This document shows positions 9,421 through 17,977 of a stretch of 64,000 nucleotides of DNA, in pieces. The stretch is from Nitrospirota bacterium. Its GTDB lineage: Bacteria; Nitrospirota; UBA9217. The position numbers and the translations under genes were made by a program. The DNA is taken from assembly GCA_963790205.1 (NCBI GenBank), contig CAWBNQ010000001.1:384001-448000 (forward strand). The letters run 5' to 3'. Under the pieces are notes generated by a model, which was not told the DNA's origin, did no database searches, and saw only the letters and a list, made by a program, of their open reading frames with translations. Every line of letters starts with the position of its first letter. Positions within the stretch are counted from its first letter, which is position 1.

Positions 9421-10563
9421 ATGAGCCTTGTCGGCAGGCTGGAAGACCTCGCGTTACCCGACATCTTCCAGATCATCAGTCTGAGCAAAAAAACCGGTAC
9501 CCTGATCGTGCGCAGCCGCAAGGGCACGGGGATGGTCGTCTTTAAAGACGGCCAGGTGATCCAGGCGGCGAGCGACAGCATCCGGGACTCCCTCGGCAAT
9601 ATCCTTGTTTCCCAGGGCATGCTGACCGAAGCCGTGTTGTCGCAGGCACTGGCGGCCCAGCGCAAGGACGTCGATAAGCCCCTCGGCATGATACTCGTTG
9701 AGATGGGCGCCGTGCCTGCCCAGACGCTTGAAAGCGTCGTCCGGAAGCAGATCGAAGAGATCATCTACGATCTGCTTGCCTGGGAAGAAGGCTTCTTCAA
9801 TTTCGAGCTCGGCGAGATCGCGCCCAAAGACAAGATCGAGATCGACACCCAGGAGTTCCTCCTCAAGCACGGCATCAGCGCAGAGTACCTCCTGATGGAG
9901 GGCACGAGGATCCTCGACGAAAAACGGAAGGGGATGCCCAGGCCCGCTCCCGCGCCCAAGGCGCCGGGCGCTCACCACGCGAGCTACGAACCGGCCAAGG
10001 AAGAGTTCCGCACGCGCATCGAGACGGAAGCGCCGTCAAAAGCGATCAGCACGCTCAGGTCGATGTTCGACGAACTGCGCTTCCCCACGGCGACCGCCGA
10101 GGTGACGCTCCTCATTCTCCGGTATGCGAGCGAGGTGGTAAACCGCGCCGTCCTGTTCATGGTCAAGAAGGACGAAGTGCGCGGTCTCGGCCAGTTCGGC
10201 ATCGAGCTGAAGGGACATTCCGCGGACCAGGTCGTGCGCAATATCAGGATCCCGCTGAACCAGCCGTCCCTCTTTCTCCCTGTGATAGAAAACCGCCGCA
10301 GCTTTGTCGGCCCGCTCGACCAGAACGAGAGCAACAAGTACCTCATGAACGAACTCGGCGGCATGCTGCCCGATGCCGTGATGGCCATTCCGCTCATTGT
10401 TGACGGCAAGATAGCGCTGGTGGTGTACGGCGACAATCTGCCCGACCGGAAGCCCATCAGGGGGATGGATACGCTCGAGATCTTCATGAGTCAGGCGGGG
10501 ATGGCGCTCGAAAAGGCCCTTCTCGAAAAGAGGCTGGCAGAACTTCAGAAGGAGAAAAAATGA
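9421..10563 (+). CDS. DUF4388 (PatA-N-like) + MshEN-like + GAF-like protein
   Basis: N-terminal SLVGRLEDLALPDIFQIISLSKKTGTL; tandem LGxILVxxG motifs; C-terminal GAF-like region. Confidence 0.8.
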   Translation: MSLVGRLEDLALPDIFQIISLSKKTGTLIVRSRKGTGMVVFKDGQVIQAASDSIRDSLGNILVSQGMLTEAVLSQALAAQRKDVDKPLGMILVEMGAVPAQTLESVVRKQIEEIIYDLLAWEEGFFNFELGEIAPKDKIEIDTQEFLLKHGISAEYLLMEGTRILDEKRKGMPRPAPAPKAPGAHHASYEPAKEEFRTRIETEAPSKAISTLRSMFDELRFPTATAEVTLLILRYASEVVNRAVLFMVKKDEVRGLGQFGIELKGHSADQVVRNIRIPLNQPSLFLPVIENRRSFVGPLDQNESNKYLMNELGGMLPDAVMAIPLIVDGKIALVVYGDNLPDRKPIRGMDTLEIFMSQAGMALEKALLEKRLAELQKEKK

Positions 10564-10931
10564 AGAACGTTCTGATCGTCGAGGACTCCAAGGCCATTCG
10601 CTCGATGATACGGGTCTCGCTCGAAGAGGACGGGGGGTTTTTTGCGGTCGAGGCGGGCAACGGCTTCGAGGCGCTCAAGACCCTGCCCACCCGCCGCTTC
10701 GACCTTATTATCACCGATATCAATATGCCGGACATCAACGGACTGGAGCTGATCGGCTTCGTGAAGTCCAACCCGGAGTACAAGGACATCCCCCTCGTTA
10801 TCGTCAGCACGGAAAAGAGCGATGAAGACAAGAAACGCGGCCTGGCCCTCGGCGCGTCGGGCTATGTCGTAAAGCCGTTCACGAAGAAAGACCTCATGTC
10901 GATGGTAAAGAGCGTGTTGGAGGGGAAGTAG
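10560..10931 (+). CDS. cheY: CheY-like single-domain response regulator
   Basis: VED, DINMP, ST, KPF receiver motifs; overlaps the upstream stop. Confidence 0.9.
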   Translation: MKNVLIVEDSKAIRSMIRVSLEEDGGFFAVEAGNGFEALKTLPTRRFDLIITDINMPDINGLELIGFVKSNPEYKDIPLVIVSTEKSDEDKKRGLALGASGYVVKPFTKKDLMSMVKSVLEGK

Positions 10932-10933
10932 AA

Positions 10934-10967
10934 ATGCGGAATGCAGGAAGCACCCTGCATTCGCGCA
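10934..10967. repeat. Short intergenic hairpin with heptamer-like arm (AATGCGG AATGCAG)
   Basis: GAATGCAGG-AAGCAC-CCTGCATTC perfect stem after the cheY stop. Confidence 0.55.
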
Positions 10968-11037
10968 GGCGAATACTTAGACTCATTGTCGTCGTACCAT
11001 CCCGCTGGGAATCGCGAGACGGGAATCAAGGGTTGCC

Positions 11038-13041
11038 ATGGCAAAACCAGACCGGTCCATAAAAGATTTTCTTGCTGAAGCGGAGGACATCCTCGAGACC
11101 GCCACCAAGACCATGCTCGCCCTCGAGACGGAGCAAAATGCGGGGCGCTCCGCGCCCGAGCAGGTGAACGCCCTGTTCCGCGCGGTCCATTCGTTCAAGG
11201 GCCTCGCGGGCATGTTCGGGCTGAAGGCCCCTTCCGATGTCTCGCACAAGCTTGAATTCCTCCTCGACGAGGTCCGGCTCGGCAAGGTCGCGCTCAGCCG
11301 GGAGGCCCTCGATGCGCTCTTCGACACGTTGTCCCTGCTCGGCAGGCTGGTCCAGCAGGTCGGCAAAAAGCAGGAGCCGGAGGACATCAGCCCGGCGCTC
11401 GAGCTCATTGACGGCATCCTCAAGGCAAAGCCGTCCGGCGCCGCCGACCGGTCGCTCCTCGACCACATCGACATCGACCGCGGGCTCCTCCAGGTACTGA
11501 CCGAGTACGAGGAATACCGGCTCACGGAAAACATCAGGGAGCAGAAGAACCTGTTCACCCTCAAGGCCTCGTTCGAGCTTGCCGATTTCGAAACGGGCAT
11601 CAAAACTCTGAACGAGGCGCTCAAGAAAAACGCGGAGATCATCTGCACCCTGCCTACGGCCGGCGCCGCGGGGGGCGGGATCGGTTTTACGATCGTTGCC
11701 GGCGCCGAGAAAACGCTGAAAGAACTTTCCACCGCGCTCAATATGCGGAACGTATCGATCGTCCCGGTGCCCTACGTGGAAAGGCGGCGGGCCGAAGAGC
11801 CGCGTCCCGTGGATGCCGGCGCGCTCCGGTCCGTGAGCAACACCGTGCGCGTGGATATTTACCGGCTCGACAGCCTCATGAGCACCGTGGGAGACATGCA
11901 CCTGACGAAAAACATCATCGGCCGCATCGTCAAGGACCTCCGGGCCGCGCAGGGGTTTGCCCACCTTTCCATGGATCTGCACAAGGCGCAGCGGAACCTC
12001 GAGCGCAAGCTGAACGAGCTGCAGGAAGGCATACTCGAGGTCAGGATGGTGCCGATCGGCCAGATCTTCACGCGCCTCGCGCAAGTGGTCAGGAAGTATG
12101 CAAAAGAGGCCGGGAAGGAGATCGACCTCCAACTCTCGGGCGAGGACACCGAGCTCGACAAGCTCATGATCGAGGACCTGGCCGATCCCATCATGCATCT
12201 TATCCGGAACGCCATCGACCACGGCATCGAGCCCCCGGAGGCGCGCCGGCAGGGAGGGAAGCCGGAGCAGGGCAGCGTGAAGCTTTCGGCGTATCCCAAA
12301 GGCAACCACGTGGTGATCACCGTCGAAGACGACGGGGCGGGGATGGACCCGTCGAAGATACTCGCGAAGGCCGTGGAAAAAGGAGTGCTTTTGCCGGACC
12401 ACGGGCTCGACCCGGAGGCCGATCGCAAGGAAATTCTGGACCTCATTTTTCTTCCCGGGTTCACCACCCGTGAAACAGTGACGGAAATCTCGGGCCGAGG
12501 CGTCGGCATGGACGTGGTAAGGAAAAACGTGTCGAAGCTCTCCGGGATGATCGATATAGAAACAGAGCTCGGCGCGGGCAGCAAATTCATGCTCACGCTT
12601 CCGATCACGCTTGCAATCATTAAAGCGCTCATCGTTGAAGCGGGCGGCCAGGTTTTCGCGGTGCCGCTCAGCTCCGTGCTCGAGATCATCCAGACGACGG
12701 AAAAGCAGGTGGAGACCGTCGAGACGCGTGAAGTGATGGCCATTCGTGATGAAACCGTTCCGCTCCTCAGGCTCACGCAGGTGTTCAAGCTGCCGCCGAA
12801 GACGGAGGGGGGGTCGTTATATCTGATCCTCGTGGGGCTGGCCGAGCGCCGGCTGGGGATCGTCGTTGACAGCCTCCGCGACCAGCAGGAGATCGTGATC
12901 AAGCCCCTGGGGAAGCGGCTGACTGACCTGCCGGGCATCGCCGGCGCCACGGAGCTGGGAGACCAGCGCGGCGTCGTGCTCGTTCTCGACGTCGAGTCGC
13001 TGATCGAAGGGGCGATGAAGAAGCTGGTGGCGCGGGCTTAG
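11038..13041 (+). CDS. cheA: Chemotaxis histidine kinase CheA (Che5/alpha-group-like)
   Basis: HPt ALFRAVHSFKG; HLIRNAIDHGIE; DDGAG; SGRGVGMDVV; C-terminal CheW domain. Confidence 0.97.
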   Translation: MAKPDRSIKDFLAEAEDILETATKTMLALETEQNAGRSAPEQVNALFRAVHSFKGLAGMFGLKAPSDVSHKLEFLLDEVRLGKVALSREALDALFDTLSLLGRLVQQVGKKQEPEDISPALELIDGILKAKPSGAADRSLLDHIDIDRGLLQVLTEYEEYRLTENIREQKNLFTLKASFELADFETGIKTLNEALKKNAEIICTLPTAGAAGGGIGFTIVAGAEKTLKELSTALNMRNVSIVPVPYVERRRAEEPRPVDAGALRSVSNTVRVDIYRLDSLMSTVGDMHLTKNIIGRIVKDLRAAQGFAHLSMDLHKAQRNLERKLNELQEGILEVRMVPIGQIFTRLAQVVRKYAKEAGKEIDLQLSGEDTELDKLMIEDLADPIMHLIRNAIDHGIEPPEARRQGGKPEQGSVKLSAYPKGNHVVITVEDDGAGMDPSKILAKAVEKGVLLPDHGLDPEADRKEILDLIFLPGFTTRETVTEISGRGVGMDVVRKNVSKLSGMIDIETELGAGSKFMLTLPITLAIIKALIVEAGGQVFAVPLSSVLEIIQTTEKQVETVETREVMAIRDETVPLLRLTQVFKLPPKTEGGSLYLILVGLAERRLGIVVDSLRDQQEIVIKPLGKRLTDLPGIAGATELGDQRGVVLVLDVESLIEGAMKKLVARA

Positions 13042-13047
13042 GAGAAA

Positions 13048-13173
13048 AAATCCAAATAATAAATGCCAAATCCCAAATAATGCTCAAATTCGAGATTCGA
13101 GTGACCGGGTTTTGGATTTTGGTCGCTGATTATTGAAGTTTATTCGCGATTTGGTGCTTGGTATTTTGGAGTT
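13048..13173. repeat. Intergenic inverted heptamer array (AAATNCC)n ... (TTTGGNN)n
   Basis: Left AAATCC AAATAAT AAATGCC AAATCCC AAATAAT; reverse complement of right arm AACTCC AAAATACC AAGCACC AAATCGC GAATAAA. Confidence 0.8.
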
Positions 13174-13184
13174 CGGTATAAAAG

Positions 13185-13979
13185 ATGTACAAAGAATTTT
13201 ACGGACTGACGGAAAAACCGTTTAACAAAACGCCGGACCCGCGGTTTCTCTACCAGAGCGCCAAGCACGCCGAGGCGCTCGCGAGACTCCAGCATGCGGT
13301 GGACGAGCAGGACATCGTTCTTTTGACCGGTGAGATCGGTTCAGGCAAGACGACGCTGTCGCGGGTGCTGATCGATTCTCTGGATGAGAGCTATCGCCCG
13401 CTGCTCATCATTAATCCCCGGCTCTCGCCGGCACAGCTGCTGCGCACCGTGGCCCTGCGTCTCGGCATGGACGATTCCGGCCGGCACCGGCACGGTCTCC
13501 TGGAGGGGATCAACGCCAAGCTGTACGAGTTCTTCGAGGCGGGCAAGCAGCCGGTGCTCATCATCGACGAAGCGCAGCTGATCCCGGGAAAGGCGACCTT
13601 CGAGGAACTGCGGCTTTTGACGAACTTTCAGCTCGATGACCGCAACCTTCTGGCGCTCGTGCTCATCGGCCAGACCGAGCTCAGAGAGCGGCTGGACCGG
13701 CGGCAATATCGGGCGCTCCGGCAGCGCATCGGGATGCAGTACCATTTGGGGCCGCTCGACGGGGAAGAAACGCGGGAGTACGTGAAGCACCGGTTAAGCG
13801 TCGCGGGCAGGGAAGCGCCGCTCTTCGAAGAGCAGGCGCTTGCTCTCCTGTTCGAGCACTCGGGCGGCGTGCCGCGCCGCATCAATACCATTGCCGGCAA
13901 TGCGCTCATCGAGGGATTCGGACAGAACGCGGAGGTCATCGGTCCGGAGATCATCGAGAGCGTGGTGAAGGACGGGTAA
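13185..13979 (+). CDS. ExeA/GspA-like AAA ATPase
   Basis: MYKEFYGLTEKPFNKTPDPRFLY N-terminus; Walker A GEIGSGKT; Walker B LIIDEAQ; GVPRRIN. Confidence 0.92.
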   Translation: MYKEFYGLTEKPFNKTPDPRFLYQSAKHAEALARLQHAVDEQDIVLLTGEIGSGKTTLSRVLIDSLDESYRPLLIINPRLSPAQLLRTVALRLGMDDSGRHRHGLLEGINAKLYEFFEAGKQPVLIIDEAQLIPGKATFEELRLLTNFQLDDRNLLALVLIGQTELRERLDRRQYRALRQRIGMQYHLGPLDGEETREYVKHRLSVAGREAPLFEEQALALLFEHSGGVPRRINTIAGNALIEGFGQNAEVIGPEIIESVVKDG

Positions 13980-13986
13980 TGAGGAT

Positions 13987-14092
13987 AAATCCGAAATTCG
14001 AAGCACGAAATCCTGAATAATGTTAAAACGGCAAATATTGAGAACCGTGTTCGCTTCGAAGGTAAAAATTAGAGTTTAGAGTTTGTATTTGG
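13987..14092. repeat. Intergenic heptamer array (AAATCCG AAATTCG AAGCACG AAATCCT) with degenerate right arm
   Basis: Same family as 23004-23107; right side TTAGAGT TTAGAGT TTGTATT. Confidence 0.7.
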
Positions 14093-14098
14093 AGAACC

Positions 14099-14767
14099 AT
14101 GGATATTCTCTCAGCGCGAAAAAAGGCGGCGGAGCGGGCAAAGGCCTTGAAAAAGGCGGAGGAGGAGACACCTGCGGCGGTCCCTCCTCCGACGGAGCAG
14201 CAGCCGTCTCCGGCAGAGACGCCGCCCGTACCGCCTGCAGCGGGCGTTGCGGCCGGTCCCGCGGGCAGCGCCGCACCCGCCGCTCCGGAAGCCGCGGCCG
14301 TTCAGGCGTTACCGCCGGACAGGGAGCCGGCAGAGGCCCTTGCTTCGACGCAAGAGATCGAGATGCTCTCGTTCCGGCTCGGCGACGAGGAGTACGCCGT
14401 GATGGTTGATTCGGTGAAGGAGGTCCTCAAGACCCGCGATCTTACCCCCGTGCCGAACTCGCCGGACTATGTGCTCGGCGTCATGGCGCTCCGCGGGCCC
14501 GTATTGCCGGTCATAGACCTCTGCAAGCGGCTCGGCCTGCCCCCCGGGAAGAAGGATGATAAATCGCGGATCATCGTCGTCAGCGTTAACGAAGAGGACG
14601 CGGGTCTCCAGGTGGACCGGGTGACGGGCGTGATACGGATTTTGCCCGAGGCAATGCGGCCGACGCCGGAGACCATCGAGCACGGCGCGGAATTTCTCCG
14701 GGGGATCGCGCGGAAGGACGACAAGCTGTACATCCTGCTCGACATAGAAAAGGCGGTCGGGAGCTGA
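14099..14767 (+). CDS. cheW: CheW with Pro/Ala-rich N-terminal extension
   Basis: LSFRLGDEEYAV, TPVPNSPDYVLGVMALRG, LYILLDI. Confidence 0.92.
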   Translation: MDILSARKKAAERAKALKKAEEETPAAVPPPTEQQPSPAETPPVPPAAGVAAGPAGSAAPAAPEAAAVQALPPDREPAEALASTQEIEMLSFRLGDEEYAVMVDSVKEVLKTRDLTPVPNSPDYVLGVMALRGPVLPVIDLCKRLGLPPGKKDDKSRIIVVSVNEEDAGLQVDRVTGVIRILPEAMRPTPETIEHGAEFLRGIARKDDKLYILLDIEKAVGS

Positions 14768-14910
14768 TTGCCGGCAAGGCTATCCCTGCCATAAAGAACA
14801 ATCAGGCGTTGTTGAGCTTTCGTGACGGTTTTTGTTCGCCGCGATTGAAATTTTTTTGTTTGATCGGATTCCGAAATCAGACTCAAGCTTCAAGGGGGGA
14901 GGAATAAACT

Positions 14911-16923
14911 ATGGAGAGGAAGACAAACAGAACGGTATTCGCTTTACTTGCCGCGCTGTTATCCGCTGCCCTGCTCGGCGGATGCGGCAGCAGTACGAAT
15001 GAAGGGGTCTTGCCGGCAAGTGGGAACACAGGCGCAGCCACCACGGTGGGCATCAACAACTGCACCACCTGCCACACCGTGCAGACGGCCGACTGGCTCA
15101 CGACCAAGCACGCCAATGCCGTGAACGGCCCCTATAGCGCGGGCTCGCCGTCCTTGGGCGGCAATTATAATGTCAATGTCGCACTATGCGGGCAGTGCCA
15201 CGACCCGAACGGCGACAGCGCCAACATCATTGCCGCGGGCTATATCGGCAGCGTTCCCCGGCCTATCGTGGGGTGCGAAGCGTGTCACGGCGGGGGCAGC
15301 CTGCACAACGGCTCCGGGCCGATATCGCTCCTGTCGAATACGACGGGAACGGTCCTCGGTACGGTCGCGGTCTCGGGACAGTTCGTCATGTGCACGAATT
15401 GCCATGAGCTGCTCGATTCATCGGGAACGACAACGAATCCGAGTCCTGCGCATTTAAGTACGCCGCCTACAGGTTCGCAGTACTTCATCACGGACTCTCA
15501 TTTTGCCGTGGGCGCATTTGATGCGGCAGGCAATTTTACGGCAGGTACAGGCACCACTACCGGCGCCAACATCACCGGCTATGCCATGGATTACAATAGC
15601 CCCACAGTCTGTACGGACTGCCACAACCCTCATGGCACCGCTGATATCAACCGGGACTGGGCCGCATCAAAGCATGCCGACAAACAGGGAAGTGGCAACA
15701 ACGGCGGTCCGTGGGCCAGAGATAACTGGTCCTGTGACGGGACCAGTTCGCTGGCATGCGGGGTAACCACGACACTGATCAATGACCGGCGCTACTGTCA
15801 GCGCTGCCATACGAAGACCGGATTCGCCGCGTATGCCGATGCGATCAGATCCGGTAATACAGCGCTGTTCAAGGCGCTGGATACCGGGATCTACCCTCCA
15901 GGGTTGTCCTCCCCCGTGGCGTACTCACAGACCTGGAAGCCCGAGATGCTGGAGTGCCTGGGCTGCCATACGGATAACCTCGGAAATATGAGGGACCCCG
16001 GCGCTTTCACGGCGACCTATGACTACCGGACCACCGTGGCCGGTGCTCCCTCAGGCTCGCCCAATTTCGTGTACGCACATGCAACGTTCCGATATCCTGA
16101 TCTGGGCGGCGCGAACGTCTGCATCCTCTGCCACAGCGGCAGAACCAATGGCGCCACGATCAAGAACCTGAACACCGATCCGACCTTGTCTACGGCTGAT
16201 TTCAGCAGTTTGAAGGCCGCCGACAGCCACCATTTCCCGGTTGCGGCAATTATGTTCAAGGGGTTGGGATACGAATATGCCGGAAGGGACTATGACAATC
16301 CCTCGTCGTACAAGCATTTCAAGATCGGCACCCCGGCAGTGCCGAACACCGGCACGAACGGTCCCTGCGTGGGCTGCCACATGTTCCGGTCCAACGGACC
16401 CGCCAGCCATTTATTCGAAACCGTGAGTAAGACCGGCAGTACGATCACGGACGTGTCGAGCGAGGTCTGTGTTAATTGCCATGCAGGCTCCAGCACATCG
16501 CTTGCCGCCTTGGTGGATGCGGAGAGACTGGATTTCACCTATGCGCTCAGTATTTTCAGTGCCTTGACCAATTCCACCAATGCCGTGCACCCGCCTCTTA
16601 CGAGCAGCACCATCGACTGGCGTGCGCCAGGAGATACGGACCGAACCGGCAATACGACCGGCAAGAACAACCTCGGCGCTTATTTCAACTTCGCCTCTCT
16701 GAACGGCAACGAGATGGGGGCGTACGTCCATAACAGCAGGTACACGAAGCGATTGATCTATGACTCTCTCGACTGGCTTGACGACGGCGTGCTGAACAAT
16801 TCGGTGGGCACGACCCTATCGGCCTTCTGCAGCAGCGGCGCCGCAACAGCGAACTGTGCGGCGGGGATGACCTATCTTCTGCCGAACGGAGTCAGGCCGG
16901 GCGCGCCTTCGGAACGACCCTAA
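14911..16923 (+). CDS. Outer-surface multiheme c-type cytochrome lipoprotein (10 CxxCH; OmcB/OmcC-like)
   Basis: Lipobox LLGGC; 10 CxxCH motifs counted; C-terminal GAYVHNSRYTKRLIYDSLDWLDD resembles the Geobacter OmcB-family terminus; Thr/Gly/Ser/Asn-rich. Confidence 0.88.
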   Translation: MERKTNRTVFALLAALLSAALLGGCGSSTNEGVLPASGNTGAATTVGINNCTTCHTVQTADWLTTKHANAVNGPYSAGSPSLGGNYNVNVALCGQCHDPNGDSANIIAAGYIGSVPRPIVGCEACHGGGSLHNGSGPISLLSNTTGTVLGTVAVSGQFVMCTNCHELLDSSGTTTNPSPAHLSTPPTGSQYFITDSHFAVGAFDAAGNFTAGTGTTTGANITGYAMDYNSPTVCTDCHNPHGTADINRDWAASKHADKQGSGNNGGPWARDNWSCDGTSSLACGVTTTLINDRRYCQRCHTKTGFAAYADAIRSGNTALFKALDTGIYPPGLSSPVAYSQTWKPEMLECLGCHTDNLGNMRDPGAFTATYDYRTTVAGAPSGSPNFVYAHATFRYPDLGGANVCILCHSGRTNGATIKNLNTDPTLSTADFSSLKAADSHHFPVAAIMFKGLGYEYAGRDYDNPSSYKHFKIGTPAVPNTGTNGPCVGCHMFRSNGPASHLFETVSKTGSTITDVSSEVCVNCHAGSSTSLAALVDAERLDFTYALSIFSALTNSTNAVHPPLTSSTIDWRAPGDTDRTGNTTGKNNLGAYFNFASLNGNEMGAYVHNSRYTKRLIYDSLDWLDDGVLNNSVGTTLSAFCSSGAATANCAAGMTYLLPNGVRPGAPSERP

Positions 16924-16956
16924 CCCACACTTGAGCTAAAGGAGGTTTCATATATT

Positions 16957-17964
16957 ATGGAACGATTTCTGAAATGGAGAACATGGCTCGTGCTCGGCAC
17001 GCTGGGCGCCTTCTTTGCGGCCGGATGCGCGGCGCTCAAGGATTCGCGGCCGATCCTGCCGATCAAGGATTATGAAAAGATGATCGCCGGCCGCCTCGAC
17101 GCGGACTACATCGGCACCGACAACTGCCTCAAGGCATGCCATTTTCATGACAAGATCCGGCGCGATTTCGACCTCTCGACCATGGGCGCGCAGCTCTCGC
17201 GTGAATCGGGACTGCCGCTCGTCAATTGCGAGAGCTGCCACGGGCCGGGGAGCCTCGCTGTCGACCTGCTGACGCCGGAGCGGCTCGCCGCCGATGCGAA
17301 AGCCGGGAGACGGTCGGCGTGCGACTTCAAGACCTTCATCGACATCAAGAACCTTCCGGCGCAGGCGCGGTCGCTCATCTGCCTCAAGTGTCACTCGGCC
17401 AATGCCACGTTCAACCTGCACAACTGGAACGCGGGCACTCATAACCTTGCCGACGTGTCCTGCTCCGACTGCCACCGGATCCACGGGGGGCACAATCTGA
17501 AGGTCAAGCTCAGGGACACCGCGGAGATGTGCGAGCGCTGCCACCAGCAGGTGAAAGCGGCCTTCACCCTGCCGTACCACCACCCGGTGCCGGAGAAGAA
17601 GGTCTTCTGCACCGACTGCCACGATCCGCACGGCGGCCAGGAAAAATGCCTGAGGAGGGAGACGATAAAGGCGACCTGCACCCAGTGCCATGCGGAAAAA
17701 GAAGGCCCCTTTATCTACGAGCACGCGGACGTAACCGAGGACTGCAGCGCGTGCCACACGCCGCACGGGTCGGTGAACAACAACCTGCTCACCCTTCGCG
17801 AGCCGTTCCTCTGCCTGCAGTGTCACCCAACGCACTCGAGCAGTATCAGCATGACGACGGCGGACCAAAAGCGCGCTTTCTACACGCGGTGCACGGACTG
17901 CCATTCACAGATCCACGGTTCCGACCAGCCGTCAGCGAGCGGCAAAGGCAACTTCATACAATAG
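16957..17964 (+). CDS. DmsE/MtrA-family decaheme cytochrome (lipoprotein)
   Basis: Lipobox AAGC; 9 CxxCH + 1 CxxxCH (CLKACH); EKEGPFIYEH, CHTPHGS, CHSQIHGS motifs typical of MtrA/DmsE. Confidence 0.92.
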   Translation: MERFLKWRTWLVLGTLGAFFAAGCAALKDSRPILPIKDYEKMIAGRLDADYIGTDNCLKACHFHDKIRRDFDLSTMGAQLSRESGLPLVNCESCHGPGSLAVDLLTPERLAADAKAGRRSACDFKTFIDIKNLPAQARSLICLKCHSANATFNLHNWNAGTHNLADVSCSDCHRIHGGHNLKVKLRDTAEMCERCHQQVKAAFTLPYHHPVPEKKVFCTDCHDPHGGQEKCLRRETIKATCTQCHAEKEGPFIYEHADVTEDCSACHTPHGSVNNNLLTLREPFLCLQCHPTHSSSISMTTADQKRAFYTRCTDCHSQIHGSDQPSASGKGNFIQ

Positions 17965-17977
17965 AGGAGGCTCGAAG

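Noticed and set aside
14768..14910. c-di-GMP/cGAMP (GEMM) riboswitch upstream of the cytochrome
   Set aside because: No GGCAAAC...GAAA...GACGCAAAG-like core is visible.
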